NCBI RefSeq assembly: GCF_018977255.1
Contig: NW_024704743.1
Location: 12,898,001 to 12,962,000, forward strand
Length of the DNA: 64,000 nt
Origin: Callorhinchus milii
Lineage: Eukaryota
Direction: 5' to 3'
Notes under the pieces: model-generated
Database searches by the model: none
The model's input: the letters and a program-made list of their open reading frames with translations, nothing else
What the model was told of the DNA's origin: nothing
Part shown: piece after piece, positions 50,146-63,755 of the stretch
Numbering within the stretch: the first letter of the stretch is position 1
Layout: each line of letters starts with the position of its first letter
Program-made: the position numbers and the translations under genes

Positions 50146-50778
50146 TGAAACGCTATTAATGACATCCCAATGTCTTGATTCATTGATTAGTGAGATCCCA
50201 ATATCTTGGTACAGTCACATATGTATGGTTGTGTATCTGTGTTTTCAGGAAAACCAAGAAAATTGTACTGATAAAAAAGAAAAGTCTGGTTGTCATCTGG
50301 AAACACTGCATATTTCCTTGTTCAAAAGAATTCACTGATAATTGCATTGCCACCATAAGAGTACATACCTTCTTAACTGGACCACCATGGATCTCACAGA
50401 CAGCTGCATAACTATCAGAAGACTGTACACCCTTTCTGTTAAGCTAGTGATAAGAGTTTAGGAAAAGTAAATTAAAGCTTTAGTTGTCATAATAATGATT
50501 GAAAAAAGTTAGACAGTCAAATTAAAATAGTGTTGTAAATCTGCAGTTTGGATTCTCTTAAGCGTGGTGATTGGTTTCTGCATGTGTCAGACAAAGTTTC
50601 AAAGGGTTAATGAAAACAGATTTTTTTAAGGTAAAAATTAGGTGGGTGGGGAGGTTTGAAAAATGTTCTTTTTCATGGCCTCACTAAATTAACTCTCCAA
50701 TCAACTTGAATATGTATAGAACATCTTTCATCAGTCATAGTCTTGTTGCTTATTTACTATATGCCAAATAATCTTTTG

Positions 50779-51075
50779 GTGCACTCTCGCCTCTGAGTCA
50801 GAAGGTTGTGGGTTTAAGCCCTAAATTGGGACTTTGAGCTCATTGTCTATGCTGACACGGTAATGCAGTGCTGGAGAGTGTTGGATTGTTTGAGGTGCTG
50901 TCCTTCGGATGAGATATTAAACCAAGGTCTTGTCTGTCTCTTCAGGTGCATTTTAAAGATCCCCAGGCATTATTTGAAAAAAGGAGGGAGTTTTTCCAAG
51001 TGTCTTGGCCAACAATCCTTCAGCTTACACTGGACATTCACTTCATGGCTGTTCGCTGTACATTGCTGGCAAACA
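50779..51075 (+). mobile_element. Old Deu-type SINE
   Basis: gcactctcgcctctgagtcagaaggttgtggg...gaggtgctgtccttcggatgagatattaaacc. Confidence 0.75.
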
Positions 51076-52344
51076 GGATCTTGGTTTTACGCACTATCCA
51101 TAGGATGGCACCTCCAACAATTAATCATTCCACCAGAGCTTCATTGAAGTGACAGCCTTGACTGTCAGTTCAAACGTCGTCACCACAACCTACTACCTTA
51201 AGGGAAGATTGGTACCAGCTGAACCAGGCTGACATCATTGTGAGGGGAGGCTGAAAGAACACACTGCTGATAGAGGGTAGCAGTTCGTAAAGTCTTACAT
51301 TTAAAATCTTACATTTAAAATCTTACTCTTACATTTAAATGCTCCGTTTTTGTACCTCATGCATGAAAGTCACCATTGAAATGTTCTCCTCATTGACCTT
51401 TACAGAAATAATACTGGAGGCTGGAAGATGAGCCTGAATATAAGAAACAGTACAAATACATGTAAATAGTGTCTTTCCCGGTGGGAGAACGTTTCAAGGT
51501 GCTTACAGATGACTTTTGGCCTGGAATTTTTTTTCAGGTTCTGCTGCTATTCTATGTGATAGTGGTCGATTGGAGGAGGGAGGCTATCACAAAGATAATG
51601 CATGACAAATAAGACAGTCAGTAAGACACCTTTGCCTCCGCAGCTGAACATTTCACTACTGCAAGCAGTGCCGATGCCATTGACAGAAGATAACAGATAT
51701 AGCAGAGGGTTGTGGGTAAATCAACAAAATCAAAAGTAAAAAAGTAAGTTTTTACTTTTTTGGTCGTAATGTCTGTCATTGGTAAACCTGTGGTGTAAAA
51801 ATGGTATTATCTACTTCATAGTCTATGCCACAAAAAATGTCTTTCAGCTGAAACAGTATAATTGGCCCATGTGCAACGTTTCCAAAAGTGTGCTTTTGAA
51901 TCTACTATGACTTTATTTTAGCATCAGTTGTAGCACTATTTATTTGCATAGTTATATAGAGTGATAAGGCACAGAAAAAGGCCATTCAGTTCAACTAGTC
52001 CATACTGATAACTAGTCTATGCTGGTGCACAGACTTTGTTGAACCTGGCTAATAACAGACTAAATAATAGATTCTCAGTAGAATACAATAACAAGTCACC
52101 AGAGTGCTCTGCTCAATACAGTTGAATCTTTCACAATTGTAGCACCTATTGATTCAGTGACATTAATTTACAATTGAATAGGAGACCCTTCAGTGAATAG
52201 ATGTAATGTGGTATGAAATTCTCTACGTTAATTCACTTAACTGTTGAACTGCAAATCACGGTAAATATCAACATAAATGCAGCAAATATTCAGGTTCCAA
52301 TTGTACATGAGAGTTCCTACTCATGTCCTGCCCAACAATCCCTT

Positions 52345-52532
52345 AGATAAATTGATCATTCACTTTATAGCTGTTTGTGGGACATTGCTGTGCGCAATTG
52401 GCTGCCGCGTTCGCCCACAAACATACAGGCAATTCACTTTACAGTGTGTTCTGTGAAGCGCTTTGGGACGTCCTCCCGACGTGAAAAGTGCGATATCAAA
52501 TGCAAGGATTATTATTATTATTATTATTATTA
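52345..52532 (+). mobile_element. SINE 3' portion (young)
   Basis: Matches 42349-42576; (tta)n tail. Confidence 0.88.
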
Positions 52533-53234
52533 TGTTCGTCCACAAATTCAGTCACTACACTTTAGTGTACACTCTGTGAGGTGTTTTGAGTTGTTTCGAT
52601 GATGTGATAAAGTGTTGACTGAAATTGTATGGCATGAGCATCAGGTGTCACTTTACTGTTACAAGCATATATTTAAGCAAGCATATATCCTATATGGCCA
52701 AAGGTTCATAATTATTCCCGCAAAACGCATCATATAATGAACTGCAAGCTACTTTGCTTCACATATTGTTTTAATATGTGGCACTTGTTATAGTCCACTG
52801 CCAGCCAAGTGCCAAGTGTTCTTGCCAATTGTCGATTGGCAGAAGCATGAGCATGAAGGTCATCCCCATGTCCTTGCCAACCTTCAGGTTAGAACACTTA
52901 TGGCTGGTATTCAGATTGCTTGCTAAAGCAAATCATCGGCTATAGAGTAATTATTGCCATAGAAGTGGACAATGCAAATTTCAGAATACTAGAGACCAAA
53001 TCATTGGTTATGTTCAGAGGCCCTGTTGAATGCAATGTTGCTGAAGTTATCACCAAAGGAAACTAATTCCATGATGGACCCTGGCTGTCTTTTGATTTGG
53101 GAAGGAGTGAGGAGAGTCTGAAATACTACTGCCTCATCGATTACCTCAGAGATGGACATCAAATCCCTAGATATCTGACGCTTGGCTTCCATAGTTGAGG
53201 AGGAAGGGCTGGCATACCAGTGTTGGGAGGGATC

Positions 53235-53429
53235 AGTCTTTTTTCTCTTTGACCGTGCCTTCAGCTCCCCTCTCGACTCTCTACCCCCTCCTCGCTCCCT
53301 CCCTTCCCTCCCCTCACCCTGACCATTTCCCCCTTGCTTGGGTCCTGACCCAACTGTACAACGCCTTGGGACGTCCTCCCGACGTGCAAGGCGCTCTATA
53401 AATGGAATCTTGTTGTTGTTGTTGTTGTT
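53235..53429 (+). mobile_element. Young L2 3' end
   Basis: Near-identical to the 3' end of 12335-14085; tail ggaatcttgttgttg. Confidence 0.9.
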
Positions 53430-55120
53430 TTGCTGGAACGTGGTACCTTTTCTCTAACTGTTTAGTGTTCTCTGCTTGTCTAGTGGTCAGTTACTTCCCC
53501 TGGAGCAAAGTTTGTAAAATAGGTGAAAACGGCTGTGGAGCTTATTCAACGGAGTAAACTCATGCCCACAGAGGCTTGTCAATGCTACTTTTCTACACTA
53601 AAGGAATGCTGTCTCACCTAAAAATAACTGAGGAGATCAGATATCACTGTTATTGAAGCCAAATTCCTTCCTTCAGCGAAGTTCACATTCCTTACAGTTT
53701 AAGTACGGAAGTGTTTAGCTCTCTGTTACGTTTTAATTTTTTTTTGCTATCAATGTGCACTGCATTAGTCCTTAAAAATAGAAAGCACCTCCACATGTGG
53801 AACATTGTCTCAGTGTTAGGCATTGCCAGAGCAGGTGTAGCTCTTACAAATACTGTACCAATGATGTTCCCTCTAATATAAACTATCTCAACCCTTAAAA
53901 GAGGTCTTCTGTTGTACCAGTATTCATTTTCAACCTGCCAACTAGCCGACAGACATTAGTAGCCAAATTGAGTTTTAATTAATTGAAATTATTATATTTC
54001 ACACAGGATGTCACAGCTTCCAGGAACTTTCATTTTCTCATTTTCTCAGTTAGGACTGGATTCAAATTCTCGTCACTGTAAACCAACTCATTGCATTCGC
54101 TACCTATATGGGACCTGTTGAGTGTGAAAGGATCTAAGCCTGTCTCCTCAGTGGGACAGGTCTAATCCATGTCTGTTTAGAGTATTTGTGGGGGGTGTAT
54201 TCTATGTCTGTTCAGCATGTGTGTATGTGTGGGCGGGTGGGTAATCTGTGTCTATTGAGCATAAGGGGCCTAAACCCAAACTAGTTAATGTGAGTGTGGT
54301 GGGTCCAGATCTCAGCAATGATTTCCTGTGAAAGTTTGTATTGCTGAATTTGTAATGTTTGTAGTAATAAGCAGCCTATATAATATCTATAACATTCAAT
54401 TAATTGAATGAATCCATACCCAACATATGCAATATTACTGCAATCGTTTGCACAAAAGGGAAGCTGTCTTGTTACATGAGAACCAGTGGTATTGATCAAA
54501 CATCAGAGACTGAAGTAAAATTCCTTTTGTGTGGGTCTGCACCACAAATCAGTAGCACCATTTATACCGCGCTGTAGTATCAGAGACAGCCTCCAGGGAA
54601 TTCATGCAGAACCTGCTGCTTTCTCAAAGTGACATGTCTCAAATAAATCACTGATAAATTACCGTAGCTAATTGGTGCCTAGATTGACCTTTGTCATTGT
54701 CAGTTTCTCAGTTTAAAAGATTAGACTGAGGTGTGCATTTTGTTCAGTCAACCCAGTGAAGATCAGTGATCTAAGATTTCTGAGAGTTTCAGCAGGCGTT
54801 CTTCATAAATTCTTTATCTATCTTCAAGAAATTACTATTGCCTGACAGCTTCAAACAACCAGTTCGTTTTGGATTTGGGAGGAACTGAAATTGTTAATGA
54901 ATCAGAGAACAGAGTCAATCAGCACAAGTAATCCCAGATTAACAGCATTAATCTTTGTTTACCAGTAACACCCCTGTCACATGTCACTTCTTTGCATGTT
55001 CGAAGTTTGCAAAATGCCAGATCACTTTTAAAGAAAAGTTTGTTTGCTTTGGAAATTGTCTCTATGCTTTTAACAATTGTAAATCCCTTTTCAAAATAAC
55101 TTATCAGGAATTTTGTATCT

Positions 55121-55418
55121 TAGTGGTTAGAGCACTCGCCTCGCAAGCGAGAGACCTGGTTTGATTCCCAGCAGGACAAAACCTTGGGCAAGTTTCCTTA
55201 CTCCACACACCTGATAATAATCCTTGAAGAAAAAAACCCAATAATAATTTGGTCACTCAATCCATGACGGTTTGTGAGACACTGATGTGCGCAATTGGCT
55301 GCCGCGTTTCCCGCACAAAATATACAGTCAATTCGCTTTGCAGTATATTCTGTGAAGCGCTTTGAGACGTCAGGAAGTCATGAAAAGCACTATATCAAAT
55401 GCAAGGATTATTATTATA
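55121..55418 (+). mobile_element. tRNA-headed SINE
   Basis: agtggttagagcactcgcctcgcaagcgagag ... caaggattattattat. Confidence 0.9.
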
Positions 55419-55549
55419 TCATAGGTCTAAATCCTCAATATTGTTTATAAGTCTGACTTGTACCAATAGTTATTTGATAAAAGTAAATAATAATCTTCAC
55501 ATTTAATATAACGTCTAATCACATCATCGAGATGTCTCAAAGTGTTTCA

Positions 55550-56250
55550 CAGGCTATACTCAACCTCCCTAGGTTCTCCCTCCGACTCAGGGAACCAATG
55601 CGCAACTTAGGCATCCGGTTCGACCCCCAGCTGTCCTTCCACCCCCACATCTGGTCTCTGACCAGGGCTGCCTTCCTCCACCTCTGACTGTACCTTACCC
55701 CAAATGTAGACAAAACCCTTGTACATGCATTTGTCACCTCCCACTTGGATTACTCCAACGCACCCCTCGCTGGCCTCCCCAGCTCCATCATTCACAAGAT
55801 CAGCTCATTCGAAACTCTGAGCCCGCATACTGACCCGGACCAAACTCTGTACCCACATCTCACCAGTTCTGGCCCAGGCTCCATTGGCTACCCATCACCG
55901 AACAGATCGACTTCAAGATCCTCACATTCGTGTTCAAATCCATTCACTCCCTGGCACCTCCCTACCTATCCAACCTCCTCACTCCCCAATCCACCACCGG
56001 CCTCCTGTTCATCCCTCACACCCTCCACCCCACCACTGGAGGTCGCTCTTTCAGCCACTATGCCCCCAAACCATGGAACACTCTCCTTCCAACCCTCCAC
56101 TTTGCCCCCTCTTTTCCCTCTTTCAAGTCCCGCCTGAAAACTTTCCTTTTCAACCGTGCTTACGGCCACCTCCCCCCGGCTCAGAGTTAGGTTCCGCTCT
56201 GAGATGCTATCCTGCTTGAAGGGCACTATGTAAGTGCAAGTTGCTCTTGT
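55550..56250 (+). mobile_element. L2 3' fragment
   Basis: [29 protein letters not shown]. Confidence 0.88.
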
Positions 56251-56411
56251 AATATGTTGTAATTGTGTGTATTTTGGGGTGAAAACAGAGTATTTGACAA
56301 ACAGTGTATCCTTACATTCAATGCCATGTTGTGAGTTTTCAAGGCTACCTTAAATTCAGAACTGGAAGAAGCTCCCGTTTATTACATTAGTGTTATCTGC
56401 CATCACTAATG

Positions 56412-56524
56412 CAGGGTGACCAAAAAGTTGTGATACCATTACAATGTCTAATAAGTCTTAAAGAAATGATATTTTTGTTTGTTTTTATATAATAAGGTAG
56501 CCTCACAACTTTTAGGTCACCCTG
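56412..56524. mobile_element. 113-bp Tc1/mariner-type mini-MITE
   Basis: TIRs CAGGGTGACCAAAAAGTTGTGA and reverse-complement CAGGGTGACCTAAAAGTTGTGA (21/22); TA on the right flank, TG on the left. Confidence 0.85.
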
Positions 56525-58250
56525 TATATGATCAACCAGACATCCTGTTTCATGGAATCAATCTAAGATTACTTTTTCATTAGTTTGAGAAGAATGGCAT
56601 TTGGGACTAGTGAGTTTTTCATTCTGCAATTATATTGCAGTAAAGTTCTTTTTTCGAGAAAGGATGTGTGGGTGAGTTTTAATCTTTCTGTGTGTTATCT
56701 GAAGGTATTGCATAAGAATACAATACAATTTACATTTATATAGCATCAGGAGGACTTCCCAAAGCATATTCGCAGTGCTGGATGGGCACCCAAACTGGGG
56801 GTGAGAACTGAATGGGGTGGGGAGGGGAAAGGTGACCAAAACTGAAGAGGTACGTTTTGAGATGTGCCTTTAAAGAGGGGAGTGAGCAAGTCAGAGGGAT
56901 CCTATAATGCAGTTCCAGAGTGGGGTAAATTGACTGAAAGCCCACCTGACAATGGTGGGGTTAATAGGGTGGGGGGGTGAAACAGGGCAGTGCTCACTGA
57001 GTAAAGTGGCCTGTTCAGGAGGGTGGGAATACTCAGTCACCTGCTGCAACAGCTGAAGCAATCTATCTATTACAGACACCAGGCAATAACTATTTGTTGT
57101 GGTAGAGTATGACCATGAGTGGGAGGTAGAATCAACGAGAGGGTATAATTAGTTTGTCAGGACCATACTGTTCCTGTTAAGTGAATATCAAACCTGTGAG
57201 TTGTGAAATTATGGACACTCATTCAGAATTCAGACTGCTATTAAATATGAATTTTCTGTTGCAGAATTTCTGGCATAAAGTTCCAAAAAAAACTTGTACT
57301 TTTTTTAATAATCAGTGCAGTGTGGTGTGCAGTACAAAGTGGTCAACACATTAGAGAGGAGAGAAAGTGTTTGTTTACACCAAGCTGGTAAACTACTAGT
57401 TTAATTTTTTAAATAACTATTAAAAATATTAAAAATAAAGCTACAAACCCACAATGTGATATAAATGCACAGCAACTCAATCAGGATCTGAAAGAGAACA
57501 GTAGGTTTAATGTTTCAGATTTGACCCCTCATCGGAACTCTGAATTTCAGTCTCTTCTGCTTTTACTTCAGGTTCCAGTATTCAGATTTTCTTTTTATCT
57601 CTGGCATTACATAAATCACCTACCACAGAACGTGATACATAATAAAGCACAATTCAGTTGTCAAAAGACTTTATCCTCAATCTGAAATCTGACTACCTTC
57701 CCAATGTTCTTTCTGATTGTCCTTGATGTTCAGTTTCTCATGGGATTACTGTTGCTTTTGGGTGGGTCCAGTAATGCCAAGTGAGCCATCTCCCCTACAC
57801 TGTTTCAGCGTTAAGTTTCAAAGCAGATCTTACTTGAAGAATCCACCCACAAACCATAACAAAACACAAAATCAATTATTAACATGCCAAACATTGCACA
57901 GAACAAAATGGAGATGTTGAGATCAGGTACAAACACATTCCACGGTGTAATAGATACACTGCAGCACGTGGCCTGAGAAGACAGCTCTCCAATTTATTAA
58001 CATTTTATCTTTAGCTTGGAACTTGACATAAAAAAAATAGCTTATCCACAAGCTACAACTTAATACACACTAACACACTGCAAACCAAGGTTTCAGAAGG
58101 AATCGCTTCAGACAAGTGATTTACTAAGCGGTAAAAAAAAATTCACCTCCCCTAAGGGAAGATCTTGTGGTTATGGTCATCAGCAGTACAACCATATTGT
58201 GAGGTCGGTGGGAGGAGTGGACTGTGTGCATGTGTGAGTATTTGTGTGTA

Positions 58251-60267
58251 GGAGCCAGCTCTGTTATCGCTGGGCTGAGGGATGAAATGGGTTTGGTGCA
58301 TGCTGAGCAGGTCAATATGCAGAGGATCGCCAGATCCTTTTATGCCGATCTATACTGTGAGAAACCCATGGAGAGCACAGCCTCCAGGGATTTCCTGTCT
58401 GCCCTCACTGAGGTGCTGGATGAGGAGAGCCGTGGGCACTTAGACAGACATCTTCCTAGACGAACTAACCAGGGCCACTAAAGCCCTCCAGACCGGCAAG
58501 ACCCCTGGAGACGACGGCCTCCTGGTGAAGCTCTACTCAGCTCTGTGGGACGTGATAGGCCCGGACCTGCTGGAGGCATATAACAACATGCTGCTAGCAG
58601 GGATCATGGCAAAGTAGATGAGGAAAGGCAGCATCTCTATTTCTAACCTGCCCTTCCTTGCAAAAGTCCTAGAACACATTGTTGCCAATCAACTTTGCGC
58701 ACACCTCTCCTCCCACTCCCTCTTCGAACCCCTCCAGTCCAGTTTCCGCCCTGCCCACAGTACAGAGATTGCGCTTGTGAAAGTCACAAACAACATCCTC
58801 TCTACCTGTGACCAGGGCTCCCTCTGCCTCCTTGTCCTCCTGAACCTCTCCATCGTGTTCGACACAGTCGATCACACCATCCTCCTCCACCGCCTTTCCT
58901 CTGTCATCGAACTCAGTGGGACTGCACTCTTCTGGTTCGAGTCCTACTTCACAAACTACCAGCAGCACATCTGCACAAACGGCTTCTCCTCCCGCTCTCA
59001 CCCGGTTATCTGCGGGGTACCCCAAGGATCCATCCTTGGCCCCCTCCTCTTTCTGATCTACATGCTCCCTCTTGCGGATGTCATCCGCAGACATGGGGTA
59101 CATTTCCACATGTATGCGGATGACACTCAACTCTATTTCTCCACCTCACTTTGTGACCCCCAGTCCCCTGATGTACTGTCAGTCTGCCTGTCAGACATCA
59201 GGGGCTGGATGAGTGCAGATTTCCTTCAGCTGAATGTTAAGAAGGCAGAAGCCATACTCTTTGGCTCTCGTCAACGTCTAAAATCTCATGGTTCTCACCT
59301 CCTCCACCTACCTGAACTCCCCCTAAAACTCTCCGAACCCGTACGCAATCTAGGCGTCAGGTTCGACCCCCAATTATCCTTCCTCCCCCACATCCGGTCT
59401 GATGTGGAGGGCGCTATATAAATCCAAGTTGTTGTTGTTGTATTTCCCTGCCGTACAAACAAAAGGGGGAGAAGGAGGAGATAAAGAATTAGTGACTGAT
59501 CTCGCTCCTGAATGGGGACTGTAAGATCCTGGCAAAGGTGATCTTCGATCAGATAAAGATTGTTCTCGGGCAGGTAATACACCCAGACCAGACCTGTAAG
59601 GTTCTGGGCCAAAGGATTTCGGATAGCCTTGCGCTGCTCAGGGATACCATCACCTACTTGTAGGACAGGGGGTGAAGGCCTGCATGATAAGCCTTGATCA
59701 AGAGAAAGCCTTTGACAGGGTATCTCACATGGATTAAGTACACTCCAAAATGAGAAGGGAATACGTAAGTGGATCCGACTACACAGACATCTGTAGTGCA
59801 TAACCTGGCACAATCTAGCACCGGCCTCCAGTACAACTTTGGCACAAACCGCTCAGGGCGCACCCACTGGGTCGCTCACGAACGCACCCAAAACTGACTG
59901 AAGTAAGGGTACAGAAGAACGCTTGAGATGTAACCAAAGAGCATCCCGAAAATGTATGCACGGTAAACATGTGCACGTACGGTACACATCAGGGCGTCTT
60001 CTGAAAGTGGCAAGCGCGCCTTATCAGAGTGTGCGTGGACCCACACATGGATGTGGTGTACACAGGGGCAACTCCCGACTGTGCTAAAGGGAACGTCCCA
60101 AAAATTGGGTGCACGACCTATGTGCAGAGAAGGAATGTACCGTAAACAACAGAATGTTTTTTGTATTGGGAGAAAAGAAAAAAAAGTAACAGAAGATGTA
60201 GTGCTTGTTTTGGATTTCTGTTGTACTAAATATTATATTTATAAATAAATATGTTTTCAAAAAAAAG
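58251..60267 (+). mobile_element. Tx1/L1-clade LINE fragment (RT region plus 3' UTR and polyA), split by an L2
   Basis: IARSFYADLY, GKTPGDDGL, LWDVIGPDL, MRKGSI | KGEKEEIKN, LLNGDCKILAKV, SLDQEKAFDRVSH; ends aataaatatgttttc(a)n. Confidence 0.85.
58644..59440 (+). mobile_element. L2 fragment nested in Tx1, with internal deletion
   Basis: NLPFLAKVLE...YADDTQLY...SFLPHIRS jumps straight to the tail; candidate TSD TATTTC at 58638-58643 and 59441-59446. Confidence 0.92.
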
Positions 60268-60984
60268 TGTGTGTTTATGTTGCGGGGGATGGGGTGGGAG
60301 GGGCGATCTCCCAGGAGTGAACTTGATCTAAATCTGCGCCTTGGCCTTTTCTCGCTCCCTCCCATTTATGTATCGATGTAAACGTTAAATAATGGAGCGT
60401 CCGAGATTGTCACACAGGATAGTCTCATGTCTGCCGACCACAATGTGGCTGAGATCTCAAAATTGTTGCAGGCAAGATCTAACCTTCAAATACACTTGTG
60501 GAGAGGCAGTGTCACAAAATAGCTGATTTGATAAAAATGTTTTAAACTCAGTGGCCTTTCTTACAGTGCCTATGATACTGCTCCAATATGCTTTCACTGC
60601 ACCTCCGGGTATCCTCAGTGATATTCAGTTTTAAACTATGGGTCAGATTACACGGGAAATCCTCTAACATGAAAAGAAAAGACATTCGCTTTGGATAGCT
60701 CTGAGAGTCTCAGCACTTAAAAAAAGCCTTAATAGCATTAAGCAGAGGCTGATACATGACTTCTTTCCTTCAGTGTTTGCCTCCACTCTATCCAAGCAAT
60801 AATCTTTGAAGAGGTGGTGAATCTGATGTGGAGGAAGCAATGTTCAGCTCTCATTTACAATGTTTCACATATACATTTTTTAGCACATTTCTATTTTACT
60901 GTAACACATCCATTTTACTCAGGTACAGAGTACTGTGTGGGTTGCAATGTTTTTGATTGAATTACAGATGGCTACAGTGATGAC

Positions 60985-63222
60985 CTGTAGCTTAATGGTT
61001 AGAGCACTTGCCTTGCTAGAGAGAGGACCTGGGTTCAATTCCCGGCAGGGCGAAACTTTGGGTAAGTTTCCTTACTCCACACACCTCTGTTTACCTAGCA
61101 GAATCATGGAATCAGAATTATGCAGCACAACAGGAGGCCATTCGGCCCATCGTGTCTGTGCCGGCTCTTTGAAAAGAGCTATTCAATTCAATCCCACTCC
61201 CCCGCGCTCTCCCCGTAGTCCTGCAAACTTGTCCTCCCCAAATAATTATTTACTTCTCTCTTAAGTGTTGCTATTGAATCGGCTTCCACCGCCCTTTCAA
61301 GCAATGCATTACAGATCCAAACAACGCGCTGTGTGAAAAAATTTCTCCTCACCTCCCCTTTGTTTCTTTTAACAACTATTGTAACTCGGTGTCCTTGGGT
61401 TACCAACCCACCCGCCAGTGGAAATAGTTTCTTCTTGTTCACCCTATCGAATCCCTCATAATTTTGAAAACTTCTAGCAAGTCTCCTCTTAACCTTCTCT
61501 GCTCCAAAGAGAATAATCCCAGCTTCTCTATCCTCTCCTGATAACTGAAGTCCCTAATTCCTGGTACCATTCTGGTAAATCTCCTTTGCACCCTCTCCGA
61601 TGCCTGACATCCTTCCTAATGTGTGGTGCCCAGAACTGAACACAGTCTCTAGCTGAGTCCTAACCAGTGTTTTATAAAGGTTCATCATAACTTCCTGACT
61701 TTTGTATTCTATGCCCCTATTTATAAAGCCTAGTATCCCGTATGCTTTTTAACAGTTTTATCTACCTGTCCAGTCACCTTCAAAGATTTTCTTATATGAA
61801 TTCCCAAATCTTAACCCCCCTTTAAGATTGAACCATCTAGTCTATATTGCCTCTCCCCATTCTTCCTCCCAAAATGCATCACTTTGCATTTATCCACATT
61901 AAACTTCATCTGCAACGTTGATGTTTATTTTACCAGTCTGTCTATGTCCAGTTGCAGTCTGCTACTATCCTCCTCACTGTTTACTACTTTTCAAAACTTA
62001 GTGTCATCCGCAAACTTGGAAATTGTACTCCCTATACCCAAGTCCAGGTCATTTATATAGATCAAAAACAGCAGTGGTCCCAATACCAACTCCTGGTGGA
62101 CACTTCCTTCCAGTCAGAAAAACAACCGTTCGCCACCACTCTCTGTTTTCTGTCTTCCATTTTTCTGTACCCATGCTGCCACTGTCCCTTTAGTACTGTG
62201 GGCTTCTATTTTGCTTACAAGTCTCTTATATGGACTTTATCAAACAACTTTTGAAAATCCATATAAACTACATCAACTGCATTACCTTCATCCACCCGCT
62301 CTGTTACTTCATCAAAAAATTCGATCAAGTTTGTTAGACATGATTTGCCTTTAACAAATCCATGTTGGCTGTCCTTTATTAACCCATATTTTTCAAAGTG
62401 AAAATTTATTTTGTCCCGGATTATAGTCTCTAGAAGTTTCCCCACTATTGACATTAGGCTGACTGGCCTGTAGTTCCTGGGCTAACATTTGCAACCCTCC
62501 AGTCCTCTGGCACCACCCCAGTATTCAAGGAGGATTGAAAGATTGTAGCCAGAGCCTCTATTATTTTCATCCTTACTTCCCTCAGTAACCGAGGATGCAT
62601 CTCGCCCGGACTGGATGGCTTATCTACCTTGAGCACCAACAAACTTTTTAGTACCTCCTCTCGATTTATTCAAATCTTATCCAATTTCTCTACCCTCTCC
62701 TCCAATACTGTGGCATTGTTTGCATCCTCTTCTTTTGTGAAGACAGATGCAAAGTTCACATTCAGTACATCAGCTATGCCCTCTGCCTCCACAAGAAGGA
62801 GGTCCCTAATTGGTCCCTAATTGGACCCACCCTACTTTTGATTATCCTTTTATTCTTTATATGCTTATAAAATACCTTCGGGTTCCCTTTCATGTTACCC
62901 GCTAATCTTTTCTCATAGAAGCTCTTTAACCCTCTTATTTCCTTTTTCAGTTCTCCTCTGTACTTTCTATATTCTATTTGATTATCTTCTGTATTGTGGA
63001 TCTGACTTTTATCATAAAATAGGAACCTGATTGTTAGTCAATTGGCGGATTGCTTTGTGGGATGTAATAATTCCTACAAAAATAAATTTAAAAAAATATT
63101 GTCACACAACCCACAACTATTTGTGGGACACTGCTGTGTGCAATTGGCTACCACGTTTCGCCCAATAAATATACAATCAATTCACTTTACAGTGTATTCT
63201 GTGAAGCACTTTGAGACATCTC
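60985..63222 (+). mobile_element. tRNA-headed SINE split into 60985-61099 and 63015-63222 by a CR1
   Basis: cctctgtttacctagcag | taaaataggaacctgattgttag is contiguous in the intact copies at 19643 and 49458. Confidence 0.85.
61100..63014 (-). mobile_element. CR1 LINE 3' ~1.9 kb
   Basis: MHPRLLREV, SQHGFVKGKSCLTNLIEFF, FADDT; CR1 3' UTR ending gattccatgatt. Confidence 0.95.
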
Positions 63223-63239
63223 AACCAGCCTAGCTTCTG

Positions 63240-63755
63240 ACCATCCATATCTCTTGTAGCATGTTTTCTTTCCTGTGCCAGGTCATCACCCCCATCCTTG
63301 ACCAACACCCTATCTCCCAGCTGATCAACGTTAAGATCTTTGCCCAGTGTTTTGGGACATCCTCCTGACGTAATATGTGCTATATATTGTTTTTCACCTT
63401 CAGATGCCTCCACAACCTTATCTGCAATTTCCTGTGATTCTAATCCATCCTAACACTCCTTTCACTCTGTTAACTCCACCTTGCTTTATCTGTCTACTTC
63501 ACGGTCCCTACCTGCCAACCAACAGTGGACGAACCTTCAGCTACCTTACCCCTAGCCTCTGGAACTCTCACAAAATCCCTCCTTCTCGTCCCTTCTTTTC
63601 TGTTCTCAAATCCTACCTGAAGATTTACTTCTTTGATTGTACCTTCTGTCACCTCCCCCCAAATCCCTAGCTCCCTCGCACTCAGACTTTGTAAAGCACT
63701 TTGAGATGTTCTTCCAATGTGAATGGGCAATATAAGTGTAAATTGCTGTTGTTAG
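63240..63755 (+). mobile_element. Degenerate L2 3' fragments
   Basis: SGRTFSYLTPSLWNS, LKIYFFD; tail aattgctgttgtt. Confidence 0.7.

Noticed and set aside
51294..51340. Short tandem repeat (cttacatttaaaat)
   Set aside because: Simple local duplication with no spacers; not CRISPR-like or otherwise informative.
53001..53192. 63-aa minus-strand ORF in unique DNA (also 39506-39688)
   Set aside because: No recognisable similarity and no linking splice evidence.
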